Positions 10,635 through 21,962 are shown, counted from the first letter of the stretch. The stretch is 64,000 bases of DNA from Bacilli bacterium (GCA_050953065.1 JBMNLZ010000002.1:416001-480000), one strand, 5' to 3'. Translations and numbers: made by a program. The notes: generated by a model not told the origin, from the letters alone.

Positions 10635-13454
10635 ATGAAATATATTGAAATCAAAGGTGCAAGAGAAAACAATTTAAAAAACATTAATTTAAAAATCCCT
10701 AAAGAAAAACTAGTTGTAATGACTGGTTTATCTGGTAGTGGAAAGACATCGCTAGCTTTTGATACAATATATGCTGAAGGTCAAAGGCGTTATGTTGAGA
10801 GTTTGTCTGCTTATGCTAGACAATTTTTAGGAAATGCTAGTAAACCTGATGTTGATTCAATTGAAGGATTATCACCTGCTATTGCGATTGATCAAAAAAC
10901 TACTCATAATAATCCTCGTTCAACTGTTGGGACTGTAACTGAGATATATGATTATTTAAGGCTTTTGTATGCAAGAGTCGGGAAAGGATATTGTCCAGAA
11001 CATAATTGTTTGATTGCTTCTCAAACAATTACTCAAATGGTTGAAAGGATATTTGAAAGTAAAGAGGACTCTAAACTTACAATTTTAAGTCCTATTATCT
11101 ATGGTCAAAAAGGAACTCATGAAAAGACCCTAGATTTAATTAGAAAAGAAGGTTATGTTAGAGCCAGAATTAATGGCGAAATGATTGATTTAGATGAAGA
11201 GATTAATCTTGATAAGAATAAACGTCACCGAATTGAAGTAGTAGTTGATAGATTAAAAATAACAAAAGAAGAAGAATCAAGAATTTATGCTTCACTAGAA
11301 ACAGCTTTAAAGTTAGCTGATGGAAAGATTGTTGTGATTGTTGATGATGAGGAGATTGTTTTTAGTGAACATTTATCATGTCCATATTGTGATTTTGCGA
11401 TTCCAAAATTAGAACCAAGATTATTTTCTTTTAATACTCCATATGGAGCATGTCCGGAATGTAAAGGACTTGGAGTCTTACAAAAACTTGATGAAGACTT
11501 ACTTATTACAAACGATGAGTTATCTATTAGAGAAGGTGCGATTAAATATTTAAAAAATATTGTAGATACTGATAATATTGAATGGCAAGTTTTTGAAAAA
11601 ATGGCTGAATTTTACAAGATAGATTTAGATAAACCATATAAAGATTTAACAGAATTTGAAAAAGAAATTATTATGATTGGTTCAAAAGAACCAATCAGTT
11701 ATGAGATAACTTCAAGAGGGGCTAATACTTTTAAAAAAACTCAATATATTGAAGGGATTGCAACATTAATTGAAAGACGTTACTTACAAACAACATCTAG
11801 TGCAGCAAGAGAATATTATAATTCTTATCTTGCAGATTATCCGTGTCCTGTTTGTAATGGCCAAAGATTATCAAAAGAAGCATTAAGTGTTAGAATAGGT
11901 GCTTTAAATATTGATGAATTTACTAGAATGAGTGCTTTAAAAGCTCTAGACTTTGTTAGTAATTTAGAATTAGGAGAACAAGAAAAGCTAATTGCTCAAC
12001 TAGTAATTCAAGAGATAAAATCAAGATTACAGTTTTTAGTTGATGTTGGATTGGGTTATTTAACTCTAGCAAGAGCTAGTGGATCTTTATCTGGTGGAGA
12101 GTCTCAACGTATTAGACTAGCCACTCAAATAGGTTCAAAACTAACTGGGGTGCTATATGTTTTAGATGAACCATCAATTGGTTTACACCAAAAAGATAAT
12201 GATAAACTAATTGATGCTTTAAAGAAAATGAGAGATTTAGGGAACACTTTAATTGTAGTAGAACACGACGAAGAGATTATGCGTAAGGCAGATTATTTAA
12301 TAGATATTGGTCCAAAGGCCGGAGAATTGGGCGGAGAGGTTGTTGCGGCTGGTACGGTTGATGAGGTGATGGAAGTTAAAAAGTCTATCACAGGTCAATA
12401 TTTGAGCGGAAAACGCGAAATTAAAGTACCAGAGGTAAGAAGAACAGGAAATGGTAATTTTTTAGAAATTATTCAAGCAAGTTGTAATAATTTAAAAAAT
12501 ATTGATGTTAAATTTCCTTTAGGGACATTCATTGTAGTAACAGGCGTAAGTGGAAGTGGTAAGAGTTCTTTAGTAAGAGAAATTTTATCAAAGGCTTTAA
12601 GAAGAAAACTTTATCGCTCTAAAGAAGAAGTAGGACACCATCAAGAAATAAAAGGCTATGAATATATTGAAAAGGTAATTGATATTAATCAATCACCAAT
12701 TGGAAGGACTCCAAGAAGTAACCCTGCAACTTATACTGGTGTTTTTGATCACATTAGAGATTTATTCGCAGAAACTAAAGAAGCTAAAATGAGAGGTTAT
12801 ACTAAAAGTAGATTTTCATTTAATGTGAAAGGTGGGCGTTGTGAAAGGTGTGGTGGAGATGGAATCATTAGAATTGCGATGCACTTTTTACCAGATGTTT
12901 ATGTACCTTGTGAAGAATGTGATGGGAAACGTTATAATAAAGAAACTTTAGAAGTAAAATATAAAGGTAAAAATATCGCTGATATCTTAGAGATGACAGT
13001 AGATGAGGCTGTTAGTTTTTTTGAAAACATTAGTATGATTCATAATAAACTAATGACACTTAAAAAAGTTGGTTTAGGTTATGTTAGGCTTGGTCAAAAT
13101 GCTTTAACCCTATCAGGAGGAGAAGCTCAAAGAGTAAAACTTGCTAGTGAACTTCATAAAAAGATTACCGATAAAACAATTTATATTTTAGATGAACCAA
13201 CAACAGGTCTTCATTCTCATGATGTAAAAAAACTTTTAAATGTATTAGATCATATTGTTAATAATAATGCAACTGTTGTTGTAATAGAACATAATTTAGA
13301 TGTAATCAAGTTTGCTGATTATATAATTGATTTAGGTCCTGAAGGAGGAGATGCAGGTGGAGAAATTGTTGCACTTGGAACTCCAGAAGAGGTAAGTCAA
13401 AATTCTAAATCATATACTGGGATTTATTTAAAAAAAGTCTTAAAAAAAATCTAA
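10635..13454 (+). CDS. uvrA: Excinuclease ABC subunit A
   Basis: Two ABC cassettes ([18 protein letters not shown]), [17 protein letters not shown], zinc fingers. Confidence 0.97.
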   Translation: MKYIEIKGARENNLKNINLKIPKEKLVVMTGLSGSGKTSLAFDTIYAEGQRRYVESLSAYARQFLGNASKPDVDSIEGLSPAIAIDQKTTHNNPRSTVGTVTEIYDYLRLLYARVGKGYCPEHNCLIASQTITQMVERIFESKEDSKLTILSPIIYGQKGTHEKTLDLIRKEGYVRARINGEMIDLDEEINLDKNKRHRIEVVVDRLKITKEEESRIYASLETALKLADGKIVVIVDDEEIVFSEHLSCPYCDFAIPKLEPRLFSFNTPYGACPECKGLGVLQKLDEDLLITNDELSIREGAIKYLKNIVDTDNIEWQVFEKMAEFYKIDLDKPYKDLTEFEKEIIMIGSKEPISYEITSRGANTFKKTQYIEGIATLIERRYLQTTSSAAREYYNSYLADYPCPVCNGQRLSKEALSVRIGALNIDEFTRMSALKALDFVSNLELGEQEKLIAQLVIQEIKSRLQFLVDVGLGYLTLARASGSLSGGESQRIRLATQIGSKLTGVLYVLDEPSIGLHQKDNDKLIDALKKMRDLGNTLIVVEHDEEIMRKADYLIDIGPKAGELGGEVVAAGTVDEVMEVKKSITGQYLSGKREIKVPEVRRTGNGNFLEIIQASCNNLKNIDVKFPLGTFIVVTGVSGSGKSSLVREILSKALRRKLYRSKEEVGHHQEIKGYEYIEKVIDINQSPIGRTPRSNPATYTGVFDHIRDLFAETKEAKMRGYTKSRFSFNVKGGRCERCGGDGIIRIAMHFLPDVYVPCEECDGKRYNKETLEVKYKGKNIADILEMTVDEAVSFFENISMIHNKLMTLKKVGLGYVRLGQNALTLSGGEAQRVKLASELHKKITDKTIYILDEPTTGLHSHDVKKLLNVLDHIVNNNATVVVIEHNLDVIKFADYIIDLGPEGGDAGGEIVALGTPEEVSQNSKSYTGIYLKKVLKKI

Positions 13455-13494
13455 AAAGAGTATATAATAGATGATATGTAAGGAAGTTATTTAA

Positions 13495-14100
13495 ATGGAC
13501 AACAAAGATGACATAAAAAAAGAATTAGAAGAATTAGAAGAAAAGTTTAAACAAGAAAAAGAAAAGTTAGAAAAAGAAGAAGAAAAATTAAAAAAAGAGG
13601 AAGAAGAATTAAAAAAAGAATTTGAAAATTTAATTGAAAGTCTAAAAAAAGAAGGACAAAAAGATGGCCCTAAAGTAAAGGTGGTTTCAATTAGAGTTAG
13701 TAATCAAGTTTTAAAAAATCCTTATTTAGATGCATTATTTATACTTGCTTTAAATTTATTTTTTGTTTTAGCTTTAGCTGGAATTTATAAATTTTTTAAT
13801 TTTAATTGGATTGAATTTTCTCATTATGCGTATATTTTTTTATTTGTTTTGATTTTTTCTTTTAGTGAATTAATTTTAAAATTAATGGTTTTTAAATATT
13901 TGTTTAAATTGGTGTTAATGAGTTTTGGAGTTATACTCATCTTAACAAGTATTATGGCGTTTATTTTAGCTTTAATTGTAACTCCAGAATTAAGTGTAAC
14001 TTCTGAAATGGGAATTATTACATATTTGATTTTGTTTTTAGTTGCTAGATCATCAATTAAAAGTATGATTACAAGTAATAAATTTCATAATAAATCTTAA
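13495..14100 (+). CDS. Membrane protein: N-terminal E/K coiled coil plus about 4 TM helices (possibly YvlD/holin-4-like)
   Basis: Low-complexity E/K N-terminus, hydrophobic C-terminal half; lies between uvrA and lgt like Bacillus yvlD. Confidence 0.6.
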   Translation: MDNKDDIKKELEELEEKFKQEKEKLEKEEEKLKKEEEELKKEFENLIESLKKEGQKDGPKVKVVSIRVSNQVLKNPYLDALFILALNLFFVLALAGIYKFFNFNWIEFSHYAYIFLFVLIFSFSELILKLMVFKYLFKLVLMSFGVILILTSIMAFILALIVTPELSVTSEMGIITYLILFLVARSSIKSMITSNKFHNKS

Positions 14101-14120
14101 AAGGTATAAAGGAGTAAAGT

Positions 14121-15077
14121 ATGAATCAACATGATATGATTATAGATAAAATAGATCCAGTAGCATTTAGTATTTTTGGAGCTGAGATTTATTGGTATGC
14201 TATTTTTATAATGACAGGAGCCTTAACTGCACTTGTGTTTAGTTTGTATGTTGGGAAAAAAATTGGTATTTCTCAAAATGATATTATAGATGGTTTTATT
14301 ATGGGCTTAATTATTGGAATAATTGGAGCTAGACTTTTCTATGTTTTGTTTACTTTAGGAAAAGGATTATATCATAGTCTATGGGATATTATTAATATTA
14401 GAGATGGTGGTTTAGCAATTTATGGTGGGGTTATTTTTGGAACTGTATTTGCGATTTTATTTTGTAGGAAAAGAAAAATTAATTTATATAAAGTTATGGA
14501 ATTATTAGCACCAGGTTTTATGATAGGTCAGATTTTTGGTAGATGGGGAAATTTCTTTAATAAAGAAGCAACAGGTGGACTTGTTAAGTTTACGATTGAT
14601 GTTAATGAAACATTAACTGTTGCTCAACTTGATGAACAAAGAAGTTTTTTGAAATCATTATTATTACCTGATGGGATAGTTAATAGAATGTATTTTGATG
14701 CTGCAAGTACTACAAATACTAATCCTTGGGTTGGTTATTATCATCCAACATTTCTTTATGAGAGCTTATGGAATTTCTTAGGGCTTGTTACTGTGCTTTT
14801 AATTAGAAAATTTGTTAAGAAGTTTTATTTTGGAGATGCGATGTTATTCTATCTTGCATGGTATGGACTGGGGCGTTTCTTTATTGAAGGAATGAGAACA
14901 GATTCATTAATGTTTTTAGGAATGAGAGTGTCTCAACTTATTTCATTGATTTTGTTTGTGGCTGGAATTACACTATTTATTTTAAGAAGAGTTTTTAAGA
15001 TTGAACTTATTTCAGTCAAAGAAGCAATTGATGAATATAACGAAAAACAAAAACAAGAAAAACTAGGTGCAGCATGA
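14121..15077 (+). CDS. lgt: Prolipoprotein diacylglyceryl transferase
   Basis: GARLFYV, GGLAIYGG, GRWGNFFN, HPTFLYES, RFFIEGMRTD. Confidence 0.95.
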   Translation: MNQHDMIIDKIDPVAFSIFGAEIYWYAIFIMTGALTALVFSLYVGKKIGISQNDIIDGFIMGLIIGIIGARLFYVLFTLGKGLYHSLWDIINIRDGGLAIYGGVIFGTVFAILFCRKRKINLYKVMELLAPGFMIGQIFGRWGNFFNKEATGGLVKFTIDVNETLTVAQLDEQRSFLKSLLLPDGIVNRMYFDAASTTNTNPWVGYYHPTFLYESLWNFLGLVTVLLIRKFVKKFYFGDAMLFYLAWYGLGRFFIEGMRTDSLMFLGMRVSQLISLILFVAGITLFILRRVFKIELISVKEAIDEYNEKQKQEKLGAA

Positions 15078-15712
15078 TTTTAGTTTTTGATTTAGATGGA
15101 ACGCTTCTTGATACATTTTCGTTAATAGAAGAAACTTATAAAGAGGTTTTAGATACTTTAGTGCCTGATTTTGTTTATGATGATGCTTTAATTAAATCTT
15201 TTTTTGGGCCTCCACTAGAGGATTCTTTTAGAAAGGTAACTAGTGATAAAGTTTTCCAACAAGAGTTAATTAAGTTTTATAAAGAAAGAAATGTTGTTAA
15301 TCATTATAAATATTTAAAAATTTTTCCTAAAGTAAAAGAAGGCTTAGAAAAACTAAAAACTAAAGGTTATAAAATGGCTGTCTTTTCTAATAAAGCACAT
15401 GAGATGATTATGCTTGGACTAAAACTAAAAGAAATTGATCAATATTTTGAAATAGTTTTAGGTTTAGAAGATGTTGTTAATCCCAAACCAAATCCAGAAG
15501 GTTTTGAAAAGATTAAAGCTTTTTATAAAGAAGATAGACTTGTAATGATAGGTGATACTAAATTTGATATGGTAGTAGCAAAAAACGCCAATGTTCCATC
15601 AATTGGTGTTACTTGGGCATTAACAACAAAGAAAGAATTAATTGAATTTGGTGCAGATTATGTAATTGATGACTTTGATGAAATATTTAAAATATTGGAG
15701 GAATTATGCTAG
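15074..15712 (+). CDS. ppaX: HAD-superfamily hydrolase (PpaX-like pyrophosphatase)
   Basis: FDLDGTL, KPNPE, MIGDT; follows lgt as in Bacillus. Confidence 0.75.
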   Translation: MILVFDLDGTLLDTFSLIEETYKEVLDTLVPDFVYDDALIKSFFGPPLEDSFRKVTSDKVFQQELIKFYKERNVVNHYKYLKIFPKVKEGLEKLKTKGYKMAVFSNKAHEMIMLGLKLKEIDQYFEIVLGLEDVVNPKPNPEGFEKIKAFYKEDRLVMIGDTKFDMVVAKNANVPSIGVTWALTTKKELIEFGADYVIDDFDEIFKILEELC

Positions 15713-16596
15713 ATTGTTTGATAATAGGTTCAGGTCCTGCTGGAATGACTGCAGCTATCTATTTAGCAAGAGCTAATCTAAAATGTAAGATTTTAGAAAA
15801 GATGGGAGCAGGTGGAAAAATGACTTCAACTTCTGCGATAGAAAACTATCCAGGCTTTGGTTTAGTTGATGGGTATGAGCTTGCTTCTAAAATGGAAGCA
15901 CAAGTAGAAGAATTAGGGATTGAGATTGTCTATAGTGAAGCAAAAAAAATAATTAAGAATGAAAACTATTTTAGTGTTTTAGCAGAAGAAGAAACAATAA
16001 ACGCTAAAACTTTAATTATTGCAACTGGTACTACGGAAAGAAAACTAAACTTAGAATCAGAAGAAGCTTTTATTAATAAAGGAATTTCTTTTTGTGCGAT
16101 TTGTGATGGTGGTTTTTATAAAGGAAAAGATGTTGCAGTAATTGGAGGTGGAAATTCTGCTTTAGAAGAAGCTCTTTATTTAGCAAGATTATGTAATAAG
16201 GTTTACCTAGTCCATAGACGTGAAGGCTTTAGAGCAGAAGATTCTTTAGTTGATAAAGTAAAGGCAACTGATAATATTGAACTTGTTTTAAATAGTCAAG
16301 TAGCTGAATTTAGTGGAGTTAATAAACTAGAACAAATAAAACTTAATACAGGAAAAGTATTAAAGGTTGATGGTTGTTTTGAATATATTGGTCAAGATGC
16401 TAATTCTTCTTTGGTTAAAGAATTTAATGTTTTAAATGATGAAGGATTCATTATAGTTAATGAAAATCAAGAAACTAAAATTAAGGGGCTATATGCTGCA
16501 GGAGATGTTTGTGATAAGAAGTTTAGACAAATCACTACTGCAACAAGCGATGGGACAATTGCTGCTTTAAGTATAGCCAGTGTTTTAAAGGATTAA
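15706..16596 (+). CDS. trxB: Thioredoxin-disulfide reductase
   Basis: GSGPAG, CAICDG, GGGNSA, AAGDV. Confidence 0.93.
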   Translation: MLDCLIIGSGPAGMTAAIYLARANLKCKILEKMGAGGKMTSTSAIENYPGFGLVDGYELASKMEAQVEELGIEIVYSEAKKIIKNENYFSVLAEEETINAKTLIIATGTTERKLNLESEEAFINKGISFCAICDGGFYKGKDVAVIGGGNSALEEALYLARLCNKVYLVHRREGFRAEDSLVDKVKATDNIELVLNSQVAEFSGVNKLEQIKLNTGKVLKVDGCFEYIGQDANSSLVKEFNVLNDEGFIIVNENQETKIKGLYAAGDVCDKKFRQITTATSDGTIAALSIASVLKD

Positions 16597-16597
16597 A

Positions 16598-17476
16598 ATG
16601 TCATTTTCTAGTGAGATAAAAAAAGAAATCTTAAGTAAAGAAAGAAATAATTCTTCTAAAAAAGCTTTTTTATATGCTGTTTTTGTTTTAAAAAGTGAGA
16701 TTAAGAATAATACAATTTATTTAAAAAAACTTTCAAAAGGATATATTAAGCCACTTTCATCTTTTTTAAAAGATGTTTTTAAAAAAGAAATAAAAAATGG
16801 TAAACCAGTAATTAAAGATGCAAAGTTAATAATTGATGAATTTGATTTAAATAATAAAAATTCTTTTAGTGTTAAATTCTTTTATAGTGATTTAGAAATT
16901 TCATCTTTTTTAAGTGGAATCTTTTTATCAAGAGGTTCAATTAATAATCCAGAAAAACCAAGTTATCATTTTGAGATAGTTTTAGATACTTTTAATCAAG
17001 CAAAATTTATTAGAGATCTTTTAGAAGAAAAAGAAATTGAAGGAAGAATAATAGAAAGAAAAAAAGGCTTTATTTACTATGTAAAAAAAGCCGAACAAAT
17101 TGGAGACTTTATTAAGATTTTAGAAGCAACTTCATCACTTTTTAAATATGAAGATGCGAGAATTACAAAAGATTTAGGTAATATGGTTAATAGAATTAAT
17201 AATTGTGATATTACTAATGCTGTTAGAGCTTATAAATCAGCTCAAGAACAATTAGAAAATATTAAGATAATTGAAATTCATCAAGGTTATGAATCACTAA
17301 GTACTAGATTAATGGAAGCAGTTATCTTAAGAAGTAATTATCCTGAGGCTTCCCTTCAAGAGTTAAGTGAAGAGTCAATTAATGAAATTGGAGTGTTTGT
17401 TTCTAAGTCTAGCTTAAATCATAGATTTAGAGAAATAAAAGAAATGGCACTTAAATATAAAAATAAGGATAACTAA
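16598..17476 (+). CDS. whiA: DNA-binding protein WhiA
   Basis: MSFSSEIK, GSINNP..YHFEI, NRINNCD, SLQEL, SKSSLNHR. Confidence 0.88.
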   Translation: MSFSSEIKKEILSKERNNSSKKAFLYAVFVLKSEIKNNTIYLKKLSKGYIKPLSSFLKDVFKKEIKNGKPVIKDAKLIIDEFDLNNKNSFSVKFFYSDLEISSFLSGIFLSRGSINNPEKPSYHFEIVLDTFNQAKFIRDLLEEKEIEGRIIERKKGFIYYVKKAEQIGDFIKILEATSSLFKYEDARITKDLGNMVNRINNCDITNAVRAYKSAQEQLENIKIIEIHQGYESLSTRLMEAVILRSNYPEASLQELSEESINEIGVFVSKSSLNHRFREIKEMALKYKNKDN

Positions 17477-17477
17477 A

Positions 17478-17819
17478 ATGATTAAAAATATCGGAGTAGA
17501 TATAGTTGAAATAGCTAGATTTAAAAAGTTTGTTTTAGAAGAAAAATCTATTAATAGGTTTTTATCTAAATTAGAAATTGAAAAGTTTAATGAAATTGCT
17601 AATATTAAAAGAAAGCAAGAATATATGGCAAGTCGCTTTGCTTGTAAAGAAGCGCTTATCAAAGCATCAGGCATTAATTTTACATTTAATGAGGTGAGTA
17701 TTTTAAATAATGAAAAAGGAGCTCCTTACATTGAAAGTAAAATTGATTTTGGAAAAGTTTTTCTAAGTATTTCTCATTCAAATGAAAATGCAGTTGCATT
17801 TGTTGTAATAGAAATTTAA
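17478..17819 (+). CDS. acpS: Holo-ACP synthase
   Basis: GVDIVEIAR, RFACKEA, SISH. Confidence 0.92.
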   Translation: MIKNIGVDIVEIARFKKFVLEEKSINRFLSKLEIEKFNEIANIKRKQEYMASRFACKEALIKASGINFTFNEVSILNNEKGAPYIESKIDFGKVFLSISHSNENAVAFVVIEI

Positions 17820-17906
17820 GTTATAGTTAAATAAAATTTCTTTACTTTAAGGGTATAATTTAGTATAATGTATTAGGTATTTAAAATGTAGATATAGAGG
17901 TTTATC

Positions 17907-18515
17907 ATGAATAAAAAAGTAAATAAAAGTAATAAAGCGTATAAAGTTATTATTTTTTGGTCAGTTATTAGTATCATGACAATAATTTTTGTAATTGCTA
18001 CTATTAATATTTATGCAAGATATCAAACGATTGATTCGCTTGAAGATGTTTCTAAATTAAGATTAGCAGCAGAAGCTGTTTATCATCAAGATGAAGCAAC
18101 TTATTTTGTATATGTATATCCAAAAGATGGAAGTGTTAACTATACTCAAAAAACTAAAGATGTTGAACCAATTGTTTTAGAATATTTAAACTATGTAAAA
18201 CATAAATATCCAGATGATAAAAAAAATATTTTTAAAATGTATTTATTCTGTGTAGATGATGCAGCTAATAGAGGTTGTTTAGTTGATGAGATTCCATCTG
18301 GATCTGATATTTTAGCATCAAATGATTATTTTAGTGATTTTAAAATTAAAAGAAGTGATCTGCCACAACTATTAAAAGTCAATGCACATTATATTGTAGA
18401 TCGTCAAATTTTAAAAACAGAAATTGCTAATGAATTACAAAATGAAATGACAAAAGTTGTTGAAGAAGTAAATAGTGTTATGTATTTACCTGAAAACAAG
18501 GAAGAAAGAATTTAA
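17907..18515 (+). CDS. Hypothetical protein with a single N-terminal TM anchor
   Basis: 202-aa ORF with RBS (GAGG); one hydrophobic helix. Confidence 0.7.
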   Translation: MNKKVNKSNKAYKVIIFWSVISIMTIIFVIATINIYARYQTIDSLEDVSKLRLAAEAVYHQDEATYFVYVYPKDGSVNYTQKTKDVEPIVLEYLNYVKHKYPDDKKNIFKMYLFCVDDAANRGCLVDEIPSGSDILASNDYFSDFKIKRSDLPQLLKVNAHYIVDRQILKTEIANELQNEMTKVVEEVNSVMYLPENKEERI

Positions 18516-18551
18516 TATTTAATAAATCACTCGTTATTAGAGTGATTAAAC

Positions 18552-18642
18552 GGAGTAGTACTCAAGCGGCTGAAGAGGTGCCCCTGCTAAGGGCATAGAC
18601 CGGGCAACTGGTGCGAGGGTTCAAATCCCTCCTACTCCGCCA
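18552..18642 (+). tRNA. tRNA-Ser (anticodon GCT)
   Basis: Acceptor GGAGTAG/CTACTCC, discriminator G then CCA; anticodon arm TGCCC-CTGCTAA-GGGCA; long variable arm; T loop TTCAAAT. Confidence 0.96.
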
Positions 18643-18654
18643 TTATTAGTAAGT

Positions 18655-18685
18655 AAACTTTGATATGAGAATGTCAAAGTTTTTT
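18655..18685 (+). terminator. Intrinsic terminator after the tRNA
   Basis: AAACTTTGATAT-GAGA-ATGTCAAAGTTT followed by Ts. Confidence 0.75.
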
Positions 18686-18766
18686 AATATATAAAATTCG
18701 AATTTGGTATGGTATAATATAATACAAGGATTATGAAATAAACTATTTATTAAAGGAGATGATAAT

Positions 18767-19243
18767 ATGGAAAAAGATACATGTGAAATTAGATACTATA
18801 AATACCATTTTGTTTTATCATTAATTTTAAACTTTATTGTTTTAGCAGCTACTATTATTAATGGTAAATTTGGTGAAAACGAATATACTGCATCTGAATC
18901 TTTTTTAATAGTGCTGATTGTTCTTAGCCTTATTTTATTAATTTATTATCTATACCAACTTGTTTATTATATAAGATTAAAACCTTTATATATTCAAGAG
19001 GTTAAACTTGAAAAACTTGAATCTTATGTGTTTAGAGCTTATCTTTGTTTTGTAGTAGAAATGGAAATAGAGGGTGGAAAAAGAAAAGTTAGAACCTTAG
19101 CGATATTTAGAAGTGTTGGATTACTTGCACCTAACCGAGTTGATTATTATTCAGGTAAAAAAGCTTTAGTTGGATATGATCAAAAAAATGATGTTGCAGT
19201 TGTAATAAAAGCTTTAAAGAAAGATAATAAGGAGGAAGAATGA
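18767..19243 (+). CDS. Hypothetical membrane protein (2 TM helices)
   Basis: RBS AAGGAG, TGGTATAAT promoter upstream, two hydrophobic helices. Confidence 0.7.
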   Translation: MEKDTCEIRYYKYHFVLSLILNFIVLAATIINGKFGENEYTASESFLIVLIVLSLILLIYYLYQLVYYIRLKPLYIQEVKLEKLESYVFRAYLCFVVEMEIEGGKRKVRTLAIFRSVGLLAPNRVDYYSGKKALVGYDQKNDVAVVIKALKKDNKEEE

Positions 19244-21138
19244 AAAATAAATTAGGATTAATTATTATTTGTATAGTTTCGTTTTTTTTATTTGTTGGTT
19301 GTAAATCAAATACAACAGATGAATTAGAAAATATTAACCAAATTGTTTCTTGGCTAGAAGAAGAACTTCCTAATATGACAAGAGAAGATTTAGTCTTACC
19401 TAGTACTCATCCTATATTAGGAGGAGAGATTACTTGGACTTCGGTTGATCCTTTGATAATATCAAATACTGGTAAGATAGTTGATTCAAATAGCAATAAA
19501 GAAGCGATGTTAGAATATAAGATTGTATTAGGAAAGCATGTAAGAACTGACTTTTTAGAAGTTTTTGTTGTTAGTAAAACAATAGATGATGCTGCAGAAG
19601 AATTTAGTTCACAGTTTGCTGCTATTATTGCTCGAGATTATAATTTAAAAACTTCATTTTTTGATGCATATACTGTTACTTGGGAAAGTAGTGATGAAGA
19701 AGTATTTTCTAATGAAGGAGTTTTTACATCACCATTTAATGCAACAACTATCACAATTTCTTATACAGTTACTGCTATTAATCCAATTGAAAGTAAAAGT
19801 TATACATTAGACCTACCAGCTTATAGAATGAGAGGAGATACTCGTAAACAATATATCTTAGAAAGACTAGATTCATATTTTGATGGGAAGACGGTTTTAG
19901 ATAAAACTAAAGCACTACCTGTTGATATTGGAATAAATGGAACTAACTTAGAATGGTATGATGCCAATAACAATAAAGTAAATTCTTTAGAAGAAGTTAC
20001 TACATATATAATTCCAAATGTTGGAGTTGATTTAACAGTTAAGGTAGTAACACAAGATGAACCATTTAATGTAATGTGTCGTTATCAAACAGAAGAAAGT
20101 AATGCACAAGCTTTAATGCGAAAGATTAATTCTGTTGACTTAGTAAAAGAAATGAAAGTTGGTTGGTGTTTAGGAAATACATTTGATTCTCCATCAGAAA
20201 CTGCTTGGTCAAATCCAGTAACAACTAAGAAAATGATTGATAAGGTTAAAGAGGCTGGTTTTAATGTCTTAAGAATTCCAGTTACTTGGGAAGGCCATTT
20301 TAATACAGCAGATCCATATACAATAGATGAGGCTTGGATTTCTAGGTATCAAGAGGTTATTAATTATGCAATTGATGATGAAACATTTGTAATCTTAAAT
20401 ATGCATCATGAAAGATGGAATTCAACATCTTATGCTAATCAAGAAAGAGCTTCTCTTTTAATGGAAAAGCTTTGGACTCAAATAGGTGAAAGATTTGCTT
20501 GTTATGATGAACATTTAATCTTTGAAGGAATGAATGAACCTAGAATATATGAGGCAAGTGATTCTATTCAGTGGAGTGGATGTGAAGAGGCGTTTACAGT
20601 AATTAATCATTTAAACCAGGTTTTTGTTAATACGATTAGAAGTTTAGGTGGAAACAACTCATATAGACACCTTTTGGTTACAACAAATGGAGCTGGTACA
20701 TCAGAGGCTATTATTTCTAATTTAACTGTTCCAGAAGATCCTTATGTAATAGTTTCAGTTCATGCTTATGCTCCATATGATTTTGCTCATGATAAAACTG
20801 AAACTACTACTTGGAGTAAAGATAATTATAGTGATAGAAGTCCTATCGATAGTGTTTTTGAGCGAATCAACAATTATTTCTTAAAAGAAGGTATTGCAGT
20901 TATTATGGGAGAATTCGCAACACGTGATAAAGATAACTTAGCATCACGTTTAGAATGGTTAGAATATTACCTAACAAAAGCAACTGCTTTAGGTGTTCCT
21001 TGTCTTTGGTGGGACACAGGACAAGTTCAAACACCAGAAAATATGACATTCTCTATTTTTAATAGAGTAACATCTACATGGTTATTCCCTGAGATTGTTC
21101 AAGGATTAATGCAGTATTCAAAGCAATTTGGTGAATAA
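19240..21138 (+). CDS. Lipoprotein GH5 endo-beta-glucanase with N-terminal Ig-like stalk
   Basis: Lipobox FVGC; GWCLGNTFD, RIPVTW, NMHH, catalytic NEP and GEF, HAYAP, WWD. Confidence 0.9.
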   Translation: MKNKLGLIIICIVSFFLFVGCKSNTTDELENINQIVSWLEEELPNMTREDLVLPSTHPILGGEITWTSVDPLIISNTGKIVDSNSNKEAMLEYKIVLGKHVRTDFLEVFVVSKTIDDAAEEFSSQFAAIIARDYNLKTSFFDAYTVTWESSDEEVFSNEGVFTSPFNATTITISYTVTAINPIESKSYTLDLPAYRMRGDTRKQYILERLDSYFDGKTVLDKTKALPVDIGINGTNLEWYDANNNKVNSLEEVTTYIIPNVGVDLTVKVVTQDEPFNVMCRYQTEESNAQALMRKINSVDLVKEMKVGWCLGNTFDSPSETAWSNPVTTKKMIDKVKEAGFNVLRIPVTWEGHFNTADPYTIDEAWISRYQEVINYAIDDETFVILNMHHERWNSTSYANQERASLLMEKLWTQIGERFACYDEHLIFEGMNEPRIYEASDSIQWSGCEEAFTVINHLNQVFVNTIRSLGGNNSYRHLLVTTNGAGTSEAIISNLTVPEDPYVIVSVHAYAPYDFAHDKTETTTWSKDNYSDRSPIDSVFERINNYFLKEGIAVIMGEFATRDKDNLASRLEWLEYYLTKATALGVPCLWWDTGQVQTPENMTFSIFNRVTSTWLFPEIVQGLMQYSKQFGE

Positions 21139-21245
21139 AAAATTTTAAAAGAAAAATTTATAAAAATATAAAAAAAACAATAATTTTTCTTATAAGGGCG
21201 TTTTTTGGTACCACCAAAATGTTATACTTAAATTGGAGGTATAAC

Positions 21246-21893
21246 ATGAAAGAAAATCTTACTGAATTAGTATTTATACTTGATCGTAGTGAATCTATGG
21301 GTGGTTTAGAAGAAAGCACAATTTTAGGGTATAATAATCTTATTGAAAAACAAAAACAAGAAAAAGGTGAAGTTGTTTTAACAACAGTTTTATTTAATGA
21401 TTCTTTGAAAGTAATTCACGATAGCATTGATATTAAAAGTGTAAAGCCATTAACAAAAGAGGAATACTATGTTGGAGGTTGTACAGCATTACTTGATGCA
21501 ATCGGCAGAAGCATTGTTTCAATTGGCAACAAGCTAAATAAAACTAAAGAAGAATTGCGTCCTTCAAAAGTGTTGTTTGTTATTACAACAGATGGAATGG
21601 AGAATGCAAGCTATGAGTATAGTTTTATGAAAGTAAAAGAAATGATAAAGCATCAGACTAAAAAATATAGTTGGGAATTTTTGTTTTTAGGAGCTAATAT
21701 TGATGCAATTGGAGTAGCAGAAGATATTGGAATTAAAGCAAATCGAGCCGTTCGTTATAATAATGATTTTGAAGGAATAGACTTAAATTATATGGTGCTA
21801 GGTGAATATATTTCTGATTTTATAGAATCTGGTGAAATTGATGATAATTGGAAAGAAAAAATAGAAGAAGACTATAAAAATCGTAGTAAATAA
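21246..21893 (+). CDS. vWA domain protein
   Basis: MIDAS motif DRSES, TALLDAIG, ITTDGMENAS, FLGANIDA; start after GGAGG RBS. Confidence 0.85.
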   Translation: MKENLTELVFILDRSESMGGLEESTILGYNNLIEKQKQEKGEVVLTTVLFNDSLKVIHDSIDIKSVKPLTKEEYYVGGCTALLDAIGRSIVSIGNKLNKTKEELRPSKVLFVITTDGMENASYEYSFMKVKEMIKHQTKKYSWEFLFLGANIDAIGVAEDIGIKANRAVRYNNDFEGIDLNYMVLGEYISDFIESGEIDDNWKEKIEEDYKNRSK

Positions 21894-21914
21894 AACAGTT
21901 TTAAGGCACTTATA

Positions 21915-21962
21915 TTTATGACATTTATGACAAAAGATTTATGACATTTTATTGTCATAAAT
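21915..21962. repeat. TTTATGACA three times direct, plus one inverted copy
   Basis: Copies at 21915, 21924 and 21938; palindrome ATTTATGACA-N6-TGTCATAAAT at 21937-21962. Confidence 0.8.

Noticed and set aside
13495-13660. Nucleotide tandem repeat (gaagaa/aaagaa runs)
   Set aside because: Explained by a low-complexity E/K coiled-coil coding region
18552-18642. tRNA-Sec or suppressor tRNA, suggested by the long variable arm
   Set aside because: Anticodon is GCT with a 7-bp acceptor stem, an ordinary tRNA-Ser
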